Positions 8,273 to 17,277 of a stretch of 32,000 nt of DNA are shown in pieces. A model generated the notes under the pieces. That model was given only the letters and a program-made list of their open reading frames with translations, had not been told where the DNA came from and did no database searches. This stretch comes from Promethearchaeum syntrophicum (GTDB lineage Archaea > Asgardarchaeota > Lokiarchaeia > Sigyniarchaeales > Promethearchaeaceae), in NCBI RefSeq assembly GCF_008000775.2, contig NZ_CP042905.2, positions 1,380,001-1,412,000 of the forward strand. The letters run 5' to 3'. The position numbers and the translations under genes were made by a program. The number at the start of each line of letters is the position of its first letter. Position 1 is the stretch's first letter.

Positions 8273-10039
8273 ATGTCAAAGAATGAAAATTTTTTATTTA
8301 TTATTAAGAAGCTATTACCTGTATTGATCCTTTTATTTTATATCTTACCATATTTCATTTTAGCAAGAGATGGAAATATTTTAATTCATGATAATTTAGA
8401 TTCAAATGTTATTTGGTTCAAAATTTTAGCTGAAAGTGGGTCATTATTTTCGAATTCAAAAATAATAATTCCTAATATGATGAACGGATTACCAAGATCA
8501 TGTTTTGGTTCAGAATTTAATGTAATTCTATGGTTATATCTTATTTTGGACCCTTACTGGGCTTATGCAATAAATTTAACATTAATGCATATTATTGCTT
8601 ATATTGGAATGTATTTACTATTAAAGACTCATTTTATTCATAATAACAAAAAGAAATTAATTAGTATTGGAGTAGCTTTATGTTTTTCAATCATTCCTTT
8701 TTGGCCTTCAGGAGGGTTGAGTGTAGCTGGTTTGCCTTTAGCTCTATACTCTTTTTTAAATATTAGAAATAATAATTTTTCAAAAAAAGATTTGATAATA
8801 ATTACAATTCTTCCATTTTATTCATCAATTGTTTTATCCTTTGTTTTTTTTTTATTTTGTTTAGGAGTTATTTGGTTATGTGATTCATTCAAATCAAAAA
8901 AAATTAATTGGAAATTTTTCAGTGCAATCTTATTAATGCTATTAATATATCTCATCGTTGAATATAGATTAGTATATAGTTTGCTTTTTGATACTGGATT
9001 TATATCGCATCGAAATGAAATGATTTCCCCAAATTTTTCTATTAAGGACTCAGTTTTATTAGCTAAAGATAATTTTATCTATGGCCAATATCATGCTGCC
9101 AGTTTACATCATTTAATTATTCTTTATTCTGTTATTTTTTCTTTTATTTTGATTTTATATAGAAATTTTAAAATAATTTATCAAAAAGGTTCATGGAATA
9201 TTAAATGTTTATTAAAATCTGAAATTTATTTAATCTCGATTGTTATTCTTATTGGAATTATTTCAATTTGGTATGGTTTCTGGTCATCTTGGATATGGGA
9301 ATCTTTAAAAAGTAGATTTACCATTTTAAATAACTTTAATTTTTCAAGATTTCATTTCTTACATCCATTATTGTGGTATATTTCGTTTGCTATAGCCATA
9401 GATATTATTTATATTCATTTTAATTTTAAAGAAATAAAAAAGAATATACCAATGAAGAGTATTTTAATTTCTCTTATTATTTTATCTCAAATATTCTTCC
9501 TATTTTTTAATAATATTGCAATAAATCAAGATTTAGTTGACCCTGCAGGAAATAAAAATTCTTACAACGATTTTTATTCAATTGAATTATTTCAAGAAAT
9601 TTCTGAAGATATTGGTTTTCCCCAAAAGGATTATCGCATTGTTAGCATTGGATTGTATCCATCTATTGCTCAATTTAATGGTTTTTATACACTAGATGGT
9701 TATATGGCTAATTATCCCTTAGAATATAAGCACGAGTTCCGATATATTATTGAACCTGAATTAAATAAAAATGAAGAATTGAAAAATTATTTTGATAATT
9801 GGGGAAGTCGTTGCTATATATTTGTTGATGAATTGGGAAGAAATTATATGTATACCAAAGATATGGATAAAACTGTTCAAAATCTTAATCTTAATTTCAC
9901 TGCATTAAAAAATCTAGGAGGTAAATTCATTTTTTCAGCGGTTGAAATCCTAAATGAAAATGATATTGATATCAATTTGCTGAAAATATATGAAAATGAA
10001 TTTTCTATTTGGAGAATTTTCTTATATGAAGTGATTTAA
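8273..10039 (+). CDS. Large polytopic membrane protein (588 aa, ~12 predicted helices plus ~170 aa C-terminal soluble domain); candidate GT-C-type transferase, function unknown
   Basis: Long uninterrupted ORF with GGGGA upstream of the ATG. An acidic motif, ILIHDNLDSNVIW, lies in the loop after the first helix. The hydrophilic C-terminal domain includes YRIVSIGLYPSIAQFNGFYTLDGYMANYPLEYK. I recognise no soluble-enzyme motif. Confidence 0.75.
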   Translation: MSKNENFLFIIKKLLPVLILLFYILPYFILARDGNILIHDNLDSNVIWFKILAESGSLFSNSKIIIPNMMNGLPRSCFGSEFNVILWLYLILDPYWAYAINLTLMHIIAYIGMYLLLKTHFIHNNKKKLISIGVALCFSIIPFWPSGGLSVAGLPLALYSFLNIRNNNFSKKDLIIITILPFYSSIVLSFVFFLFCLGVIWLCDSFKSKKINWKFFSAILLMLLIYLIVEYRLVYSLLFDTGFISHRNEMISPNFSIKDSVLLAKDNFIYGQYHAASLHHLIILYSVIFSFILILYRNFKIIYQKGSWNIKCLLKSEIYLISIVILIGIISIWYGFWSSWIWESLKSRFTILNNFNFSRFHFLHPLLWYISFAIAIDIIYIHFNFKEIKKNIPMKSILISLIILSQIFFLFFNNIAINQDLVDPAGNKNSYNDFYSIELFQEISEDIGFPQKDYRIVSIGLYPSIAQFNGFYTLDGYMANYPLEYKHEFRYIIEPELNKNEELKNYFDNWGSRCYIFVDELGRNYMYTKDMDKTVQNLNLNFTALKNLGGKFIFSAVEILNENDIDINLLKIYENEFSIWRIFLYEVI

Positions 10040-10202
10040 AGTACTAAAATTTCATTCATAATTAAAGCATTTGCACCTATGATTGCTCCAGTTTCTATAT
10101 TCCCAAGTAAAAATCAGATCAATTATTGAATTCTATTTATCCTTTGCTATATATAGAGGGGGTTTATCTATGCAATAAACTGAAGAGCAAATTATATATA
10201 AT

Positions 10203-11486
10203 CTAATAATATCCCATTCCTGAAAAAATTCGATAAAAATATAGAAGACCAGAAAGAAGATGTAAAATTAACAATATCCAGCTTACTATTATTTTGATCT
10301 TTTCTTTATGATTTTTCATGAGTTTAAAGATAAACCACTCTTTTATTATTTCCTTATCCGTTTGCGAAGTTTCTTGTGGATAATTTTTAAGAATATTTTC
10401 ATCGTGGTGTTTACAATCAATTTTTTGTATTTTCAAAAATTCAATAATCGAAAACGTAAATAAAACAGGAATTACAATTTGTCTACCCCATCCAAAATTA
10501 ACATGCAAATATTTATTCCCGTCTTCAGCAAAAAAGTAAAAAGGAATTAAAGAAAATGCAAACGTAATCCAAGAAAACATAAGATATTGGTTTTTTCGCG
10601 ATTGTTTATAAAAAAGAAGAATGCTAAAGGGAAAAGCTATTAAAAGTATTAACGAAAATAATGGATCCTTTGAATAATTAGAACTCACACCAAAAAAATC
10701 AAAAATTATTTTCCTTTCATTTAGTGCAGTAGTTCCATTGTGTAATATTGAAAAGAATTGCATTGTCACTAATATAATAACTGGAATTAAAATTAATGAA
10801 AATTTAAGATATAATTTCCACTTTTTTGGATGATAATAAAGAATAAAACAACACGATGCAGGGAGAAATGCAATCATAAAATTGGGTTTTGCCAGAATAC
10901 TTAAAATTAAGGAGATAAAAAGAAAAAATAAATAAAAATTTTGTTTCTTACCTTTATTTTTTAAAATTTTTATTATTAAAAATGTCGATAAAAAAGCAAA
11001 TGGTATACTCATTATTGAAGTAGGATTATGCCACAAATTCGGAGAACCTTGGCCAAGATAAATGTTAACATTGAAAAAAGTGACATATATTGCCGAAATG
11101 AAAAATTGAATAATTGCTAAAAGCATACAAATTTTTTTTGAAATTTTATTTTCTAAGAAATAATTAAAAAAATTATAAATCAATAAAAAAGTGATCACTT
11201 TTTGTAGAGATAAAATAATAATTGCCGAGGTATTTAAAGAAATTAAAAAAATATTTGAAACTATATAGATTGTATAATGAAATAAGGGATAAGAAATAGG
11301 ATACCCCTCTTTAAAATGTATCTCAGTATAATAAATGTGGGGAAGTAAATCGGAGTCATATTTTAACGTTGTATTATCATTATATACTTGATTATAAAAA
11401 ATATATGATGAAATACAAAAGATTATGATAATAATCGAACAAAAAAATAAGATATCCAGAGCTTTTCTAATTAATTGATTTTTCAT
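10203..11486 (-). CDS. Polytopic membrane protein (427 aa, ~11-12 helices); candidate GT-C-type transferase or polymerase/ligase-like protein, function unknown
   Basis: Long ORF that is hydrophobic throughout. An Asp-rich loop, LKYDSDLLPHIYY, follows the first helix. A hydrophilic insertion, KIDCKHHDENILKNYPQETSQTDKE, precedes the last helix. Confidence 0.7.
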   Translation of the reverse strand: MKNQLIRKALDILFFCSIIIIIFCISSYIFYNQVYNDNTTLKYDSDLLPHIYYTEIHFKEGYPISYPLFHYTIYIVSNIFLISLNTSAIIILSLQKVITFLLIYNFFNYFLENKISKKICMLLAIIQFFISAIYVTFFNVNIYLGQGSPNLWHNPTSIMSIPFAFLSTFLIIKILKNKGKKQNFYLFFLFISLILSILAKPNFMIAFLPASCCFILYYHPKKWKLYLKFSLILIPVIILVTMQFFSILHNGTTALNERKIIFDFFGVSSNYSKDPLFSLILLIAFPFSILLFYKQSRKNQYLMFSWITFAFSLIPFYFFAEDGNKYLHVNFGWGRQIVIPVLFTFSIIEFLKIQKIDCKHHDENILKNYPQETSQTDKEIIKEWFIFKLMKNHKEKIKIIVSWILLILHLLSGLLYFYRIFSGMGYY

Positions 11487-11500
11487 GAGAAATCACATAG

Positions 11501-12286
11501 TTAAAGTCCAGTATATTTATTATTTTGGGGACTTTGAGTGATAATTATTTTCAATTTTTGAATTGTATCTTGTGTTATTTTTGAATTGAATGTTTCAAAA
11601 TTAAGTTTTATTATGCGATCTGGTAGGTTCCACCATTTTATTTTTATTAATTCTTGAATATTTTCATCAGAAAATCGGTATTTGATAATTTTTGCAGGAT
11701 TTCCACCTACTATGGCATAAGGAGGAATATTTTTATTCACTAGGGAATTAGCACCTATAATTGATCCCGTACCTATTGAAACCCCTCTTAAAATTGTAGA
11801 ATTTGCACCAATCCATACATCATGACCAATTTCGATATTCTTTTCGAATCTATTATACCATTCTTCATTTTCGGGTTTTAATCTATCTACATCAGTATAG
11901 AGAAACCTATGAGTTGTTACACGGGAAAAATCATGTTCTCCAGGTCCAATGGTAACTCCCCATGATATTGAACAAAAATTTCCAATTTTTATTCCCATTA
12001 TGATTGCATTTTGCCCAGTATAACTGTGTTTTCCAATTTGACATCCTGAAATATGATTATATCTACCTATATGAACTGATTTGTCTAAATATGAATTTAA
12101 AATTTTTGAATGATCTCCCACTGATGAATTCTTTTGAATTATTGAATTTTTTATAGTTGTAAATTTGTAAATCTTGGTATTTTGAGAAATCTCAGATTTG
12201 TCTATATTACTATAAATATCAAAAAAGCAATTTTTATCTATTTTTGAATCATTTATTCTTGGGTTCTGGGAATTATTCATTCTCAT
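11501..12286 (-). CDS. Left-handed beta-helix (hexapeptide-repeat) acetyltransferase, Vat/CatB-like; probable sugar N/O-acetyltransferase
   Basis: IEIGHDVWIGANSTILRGVSIGTGSIIGANSLVNKNIPPYAIVGGNPAKIIKYRF followed by ...IKWWNL is the signature C-terminal region of xenobiotic-type hexapeptide acetyltransferases. Confidence 0.8.
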   Translation of the reverse strand: MRMNNSQNPRINDSKIDKNCFFDIYSNIDKSEISQNTKIYKFTTIKNSIIQKNSSVGDHSKILNSYLDKSVHIGRYNHISGCQIGKHSYTGQNAIIMGIKIGNFCSISWGVTIGPGEHDFSRVTTHRFLYTDVDRLKPENEEWYNRFEKNIEIGHDVWIGANSTILRGVSIGTGSIIGANSLVNKNIPPYAIVGGNPAKIIKYRFSDENIQELIKIKWWNLPDRIIKLNFETFNSKITQDTIQKLKIIITQSPQNNKYTGL

Positions 12287-12309
12287 TGAATTTTCACTTC
12301 ATTACTTGA

Positions 12310-13533
12310 CTATTTTAATTCAATTTTAATCTTTTCTTTCACGAATTCTAAATTATTTAAAGATTCTTCCAAAGTATTTCCGGTTACAATTATCTGTCCG
12401 ATTCTGTCAGGACCTACATTAAATTTATTGATTTGATCATTTACTTTATAATCAAAACTTATGTCTTCAATATAAGGCTGTTTCATCAGATTCTCATTAG
12501 TTATTTTAGTAATTGTTCCAGACTGTGAAGATGTTAATAATTCACCTGCACAAGGAATTTTTTTATTTTTAAAATGCACTTCCATTTTGATTCCTAAACA
12601 ATTTTTAATTACATATTCAAAATAATCAAATCCAAAATGTATCCCTACCATTTCTGCCAAACATGTAGCTCCAGTTCTGGCTCCAATTTCAAGAACATAG
12701 ACTTTATTATCGCTTAGGATGAAATCAGCATTAATTGCACAATTATTCAGCTTTAATGCGTGAATTGAATATTTTAATTGAGTTTCTATATCCCTTTGAA
12801 TTTCTGTACTTAAATTATAAGGAACATAGTGTCCGATAGGAACTCCTGTGCTACCTTGAAATATCATGTCTCCATGAGGCATTATAAACTTAATTTCGTC
12901 ATTTAGAATAAAAGCTTGAGCTCCAAATTCTTCTCCAATAATAAATTCTTCGATTATAAAATAGTCTTTTTTTGTAGTCTCCATTACATAATCAAACGCT
13001 GCACTTATTTCACTTTCCTTATCAACACGAATTATTCCTCTGCTACCAGAGCTATCCACGGCTTTGAATATTGCAGGTTTATTTAATTTCTTAAATGCTT
13101 CATTAGATTGATCCAAAGTAGAAACATTGAAATATTTCGCTGTTCTTACATCGGAATTAATAAATGCATCTTTCATTTTTTTTTTATCAGTCGATAATTG
13201 GACTGCTTCAAAAGATGGCCCTGAGAGGTTTAATTCATCACAAATTTTTCCTAAAGTTATTAATGCAACATCTGTTCCAGCAGTGCATACCCCATCGATG
13301 TTTTCATTTTGAGCAATTTTTGCAACTTTTTCATAAGCTGTGGTATCTTCATAAATATTTTTATCTGAAAATTGAAATCCTGGATAATTTCCTTCATAAC
13401 TAACGACTAATGTCTCATACCCAAGTTCTTTAGATTTTTTTATTAATGGAACTTGATAAACTCCGGCTCCCAATATCATAATTTTTTTTTTCATAATTCT
13501 AACACTTTTTTCTATAGCAGATTTATATTTCAT
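12310..13533 (-). CDS. ATP-grasp domain carboxylate-amine ligase
   Basis: KIMILGAGVYQVPLIKKSKELGYETLVV forms the pre-ATP-grasp Rossmann-like domain. It is followed by ...KPAIFKAVDSSGSRGI...IIEEFIIGEEFGAQAF...INADFIL...VYVLEIGARTGA, the typical ATP-grasp core. The true start may be the internal MKKKIMILG (about 13494). A poly-A tract of ~10 nt follows that ATG. Confidence 0.8.
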   Translation of the reverse strand: MKYKSAIEKSVRIMKKKIMILGAGVYQVPLIKKSKELGYETLVVSYEGNYPGFQFSDKNIYEDTTAYEKVAKIAQNENIDGVCTAGTDVALITLGKICDELNLSGPSFEAVQLSTDKKKMKDAFINSDVRTAKYFNVSTLDQSNEAFKKLNKPAIFKAVDSSGSRGIIRVDKESEISAAFDYVMETTKKDYFIIEEFIIGEEFGAQAFILNDEIKFIMPHGDMIFQGSTGVPIGHYVPYNLSTEIQRDIETQLKYSIHALKLNNCAINADFILSDNKVYVLEIGARTGATCLAEMVGIHFGFDYFEYVIKNCLGIKMEVHFKNKKIPCAGELLTSSQSGTITKITNENLMKQPYIEDISFDYKVNDQINKFNVGPDRIGQIIVTGNTLEESLNNLEFVKEKIKIELK

Positions 13534-13680
13534 TGTAAGATAATTTTATTAATAAAAAAAAAAATTATCGCATTATCAATTGAATAGAACTATATATTTG
13601 ATATATGATTATTCATTCCAAATAATAATATCCCTTTTATCTAAAGGATGAATTTATAATGAAATTGTGGTTTACTTTTT

Positions 13681-14094
13681 ATGAAAAAATCAAAGAAATC
13701 ATATAATAAAGAATACATATTAATTTTAGTCCCAGTAACACTTCAAGTATTAGGAACTACATTTGGAAAGATTGGTGCTTCTAATATTTCTATTGAAGAT
13801 TTTCAAATAATACAATTTTTTAATTTTTTTACGATTATTGCTTGTATAGTTTTAGTTTTACGCGGTTTCATTTGGTTATTTGTTCTTAAAAAATTTGATC
13901 TTGCGTTTGCTTATCCTTTTATGAGTTTATCTTATATTTTTATCTTATTTATTTCTCATTTCTATTTTAACGAAGACATTAATACATACAAAATAATTGG
14001 TTCTGTATTAATTACATTAGGGACATTCTTCCTTTCTATTGGAGAACTAAAAAAAAATATTATGGTCCCCAAAAAAAAAGAGGTAAAGATATGA
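13681..14094 (+). CDS. Small 4-TM membrane protein, ArnE-like / EamA-SMR superfamily (putative lipid-linked sugar flippase subunit 1)
   Basis: 137 aa with four hydrophobic segments. It overlaps the next gene by 4 nt (ATGA). Size, pairing and proximity to an ArnC-like GT2 mirror ArnE/ArnF. Confidence 0.65.
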   Translation: MKKSKKSYNKEYILILVPVTLQVLGTTFGKIGASNISIEDFQIIQFFNFFTIIACIVLVLRGFIWLFVLKKFDLAFAYPFMSLSYIFILFISHFYFNEDINTYKIIGSVLITLGTFFLSIGELKKNIMVPKKKEVKI

Positions 14095-14441
14095 TTGAAT
14101 ATTTTCTTATATTAATTTCTGTATTTTCAACTGTAATTAGCCTTATCTTATTTAAAAAGGCTTCAGGAATTCTTAAATATGAAAACGGATTGTTAAAATT
14201 TATTAAATCACTCTTTAATTATTATTTAATTTCTGCAATATTCTTAGTTGGGGTGTCTGTTGTATCATATAATCTTGCGTTAAGCTCATTGGATCTAATA
14301 ATTGTTTTCTCCTTCAATAGTTTAACACCCTTGTTTGTTTTTTTTTCTGGTGTTATCTTTTTTGGTGAAAAAATCAATCGGTATCATGTTATAGGAATTA
14401 GTCTTATCACTATTGGATTATTCTTTATTAATGTTGCATAA
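14091..14441 (+). CDS. Small 4-TM membrane protein, ArnF-like / EamA-SMR superfamily (putative flippase subunit 2)
   Basis: 116 aa and translationally coupled to the 13681 gene. It is a paralogue of the 7737..8081 gene. Confidence 0.65.
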   Translation: MIEYFLILISVFSTVISLILFKKASGILKYENGLLKFIKSLFNYYLISAIFLVGVSVVSYNLALSSLDLIIVFSFNSLTPLFVFFSGVIFFGEKINRYHVIGISLITIGLFFINVA

Positions 14442-14681
14442 TTTTAATAATGAAATTAACTCCAAGTTATATTTTAATAGTTTAAAAACAACAACCCAAA
14501 AAGATATAATTTACAAAATCAGTGGACGAAAAAGTTTAATAAACCGAATTACTATTTTCAGTTAATCTAGAGGAATAACTTAAAAATAGTGAATTCTAAC
14601 AACACTAGATCCAAAAAAACTATAAGAATAATACAATCCTATTAATGAGATTAATTTATTATCCCTAATAAAAATGAAAAA

Positions 14682-15620
14682 TTAAATAATTTTTTCTCGA
14701 ATTGCATAAACTTGATTATTTTTAACAGTTTTAATAATTCGGATAAGATATTCCCCAATGAGTCCTAAAGAAAAGAGTATCATTCCAGATAAAAACAAAA
14801 TTGCCACGATTATGCTTGTCCAACCAGTTACTGATACACCATTAATAAAATATTTTAAAATCTTAATTACTCCTACTATAAAGCTTGCAATGGAAATGAT
14901 AAAGCCAAAAATACTTACAATTCTTAAAGGAAGAGTTGAGTTCATAAGAATATTGTCTAAAGCCATTTTTACATATTTTGTAAAAGTATAATTTGATTTT
15001 CCATATAAACGAGTGTCATGTTTCACAGAAACATTTTTAATTCTATTTGTTATGGTTAATAACTTTGGGCCTATTACCAAATTTGAATTATCAGAATTAA
15101 GGATCTCGTCAATAATGATCCTCCTAATAATACGAAAAGATCCTGATTTCAATTCTTTAGGTTTTTTAAAAAAATAAGAGTTCAAGAGATTGGCACATGA
15201 ACTTGCTAAATTTCTAAAAAAGCCATGTTTTTTCTTTTTTGGATAACCGACATATATATCAGTTTCAGGATCCATTTTTATAGCTGAAATTAAGACAGAA
15301 ATCTCTTCAGGAGGATGTTGAAGGTCATCATCCATTGTAATTATAAATTTTCCCTTTGAAAAATTGAATCCACATAGAATTGCATTGTGTTGTCCAGAAT
15401 TTTTCAACAACTGAATTATTTTAACTTTATGATCATCTAAATTTAGTTCTTTTAATATTTTCCAGCTATTATCTTTACTGCAATCATCTATAAAAATTAA
15501 TTCATAATTAGGAGTTATGGATTCAAAGGTTTTACTCAACCTTGAATGTAATTCTTTCAAAGATGTTTCCGAATTATACACGGGAATAACTACAGAATAT
15601 TCTATTATAGATTCAACCAT
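14682..15620 (-). CDS. GT2 polyprenyl-phosphate glycosyltransferase, ArnC/GtrB/DPM1-like, with two C-terminal TM helices
   Basis: YSVVIPVYNSETSLKELHSRL...YELIFIDDCSKDNS...LLKNSGQHNAILCGF...IITMDDDLQHPPEEI, then two C-terminal helices ending in LGLIGEYLIRI. The motif order and architecture match ArnC as I remember it (VIPVYNE...IDDGSSDNS...NYGQHSA...LDADLQNPPEEI...GEYIGRI). Confidence 0.85.
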   Translation of the reverse strand: MVESIIEYSVVIPVYNSETSLKELHSRLSKTFESITPNYELIFIDDCSKDNSWKILKELNLDDHKVKIIQLLKNSGQHNAILCGFNFSKGKFIITMDDDLQHPPEEISVLISAIKMDPETDIYVGYPKKKKHGFFRNLASSCANLLNSYFFKKPKELKSGSFRIIRRIIIDEILNSDNSNLVIGPKLLTITNRIKNVSVKHDTRLYGKSNYTFTKYVKMALDNILMNSTLPLRIVSIFGFIISIASFIVGVIKILKYFINGVSVTGWTSIIVAILFLSGMILFSLGLIGEYLIRIIKTVKNNQVYAIREKII

Positions 15621-16093
15621 ATTTCATCAAATTTTATGAATTATTTTATATTAATTTTTATTAATTAATGATAATTTAATAATTTCATTAGAGAAGTGAC
15701 ATTAGATCATAATTTAAATAAGGGAAATATATAAGATATCAAGATATGACAATTAAATTATCAAATATAGATAAAAACTTTATAATTTCAAAGTTGGAAT
15801 TGTTGGTGCACTTAGTATTAAAAGAATCTTAAAAATGTCCTAAAAATATATTGTTAATTTTTTAAGAAGTTAAAGTAGTGCGTTTAGCTTTGATTAGGAA
15901 TATTTATCTTGAATTATTACATCTATCAATATTTTTATATTAGAAATTAGTTTTATAGGTAAATGAATAATCTTATTCAAAAAAAGTAAAATTGATTATT
16001 CTTAATTTTATTTTTGTATCTTAAGGAAAAAAAAGGAGCAAATACAACAAAAAACATGATTACTATATTTTAGAAAAATGGAATTGATTTATA

Positions 16094-17101
16094 TTGAATA
16101 ATATAATAATTTGTAAGAGAAATGAAGGTTTAGATGTTTTAAAAGGAATTCTAATTATATTGATGATAATTGGTCATATATTTAGTTATAGTCTGGGTTA
16201 TAATGCTCTTAATCCTATTCGGTATGCAATTTATTCTTTCCACATGCCACTATTTATGGGTATATCAGGTTATTTATTAAATATTAATTTTCTCAAACAA
16301 GCTTCTATTATACAAATTCTAAAGAAATATTTTTTCCGCTTATTAATTCCTGTGATGATATCATGGATAATGTGGTATTTTTTCAAATTAAAGAAATATA
16401 ATAGTTTATTTGAAGATCCAAAATTATTCGAATTTATTTTTTTTCCACAAGTTTATCTCTGGTATATATATTCTCTTTTTGTTTATATTTTGATTATCTC
16501 CTTGTTTTTAAGAATTTCAACAAAATTTTATGTTCTCTTTCTATTTTCAATATTTCTAGCCCTATTTTTTGTTTATTTCATTGATTATTCATCAACAATT
16601 GTATCGAAAAGTGGAAAATTAGAATTATCATTCTATACTTATCGTCCTCATTTCTTCTGCTTTTTAATTCTTGGAATCTTAACAAAACAGAAAAATTGGA
16701 TGATAAAGTCTCATAAAATAAGCATTTTTACAATTATTATTCTAATTTTTGTCAGAATTTTGAATTATTATTATTTCAACGCTTATTTATATAATATCGA
16801 TTTTTATTTCTTAAATTTCTTTCTTATCCTATACCTTTTACCCCATGCAATTAATTGGAAATTCAAATATTCTACATTTCTTCAAGATATTGGAAAAAAA
16901 TCTATGCCAATATATCTTTATAATTTATTCTTAATTGTTGCATATACGGATAAAAGATTGTTTTCATGGTATTTAGTCACATTTTCTTGCGAGTTTATAC
17001 TAATTTTAGTAATTGTTCGACCAAAATTGATAAAAGATTATGTATATGGTAAGAAAAAAATAAAAATATCTTATAACAATGGAAATGAAAAATTTGACTG
17101 A
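16094..17101 (+). CDS. Membrane acyltransferase family 3 (OatA/WecH-like O-acetyltransferase)
   Basis: 335 aa with ~10 helices. The N-terminal LDVLKGILIILMIIGHIF with an early conserved His is typical of acyltransferase-3 proteins. The start codon is uncertain (TTG at 16094 in the track). Confidence 0.65.
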   Translation: MNNIIICKRNEGLDVLKGILIILMIIGHIFSYSLGYNALNPIRYAIYSFHMPLFMGISGYLLNINFLKQASIIQILKKYFFRLLIPVMISWIMWYFFKLKKYNSLFEDPKLFEFIFFPQVYLWYIYSLFVYILIISLFLRISTKFYVLFLFSIFLALFFVYFIDYSSTIVSKSGKLELSFYTYRPHFFCFLILGILTKQKNWMIKSHKISIFTIIILIFVRILNYYYFNAYLYNIDFYFLNFFLILYLLPHAINWKFKYSTFLQDIGKKSMPIYLYNLFLIVAYTDKRLFSWYLVTFSCEFILILVIVRPKLIKDYVYGKKKIKISYNNGNEKFD

Positions 17102-17277
17102 GTTCAAAAAAGATAATTTAAAAATATGATAGAGTTTTTTTTTAAGAAGGGTAATTATTAGAAAAATATTATTGAAAAGTATTTCAATAAATAAAAAATG
17201 AGAATTATATAAAATATAATTTTCACGTAAGAGATCTTGGAAAGTATTAAAATATAATAAAAGATAGAGATTTAAAA

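Noticed and set aside
13127-13403. Plus-strand ORFs 13127..13312 and 13164..13403
   Set aside because: They are antisense inside the ATP-grasp CDS and have no recognisable features.
14758-14991. 77-aa plus-strand ORF
   Set aside because: It is antisense inside the ArnC-like GT2 gene.
5510-15690. Recurrent 9-mer TAATGAAAT in intergenic regions (5510, 5939, 13657, 14448; reverse orientation at 15682)
   Set aside because: I noticed the motif post hoc. It is essentially TAA+ATG+AAA, a stop/start/Lys string expected to be common in AT-rich DNA. Its positions relative to gene starts are inconsistent. It needs a genome-wide enrichment test before any claim.
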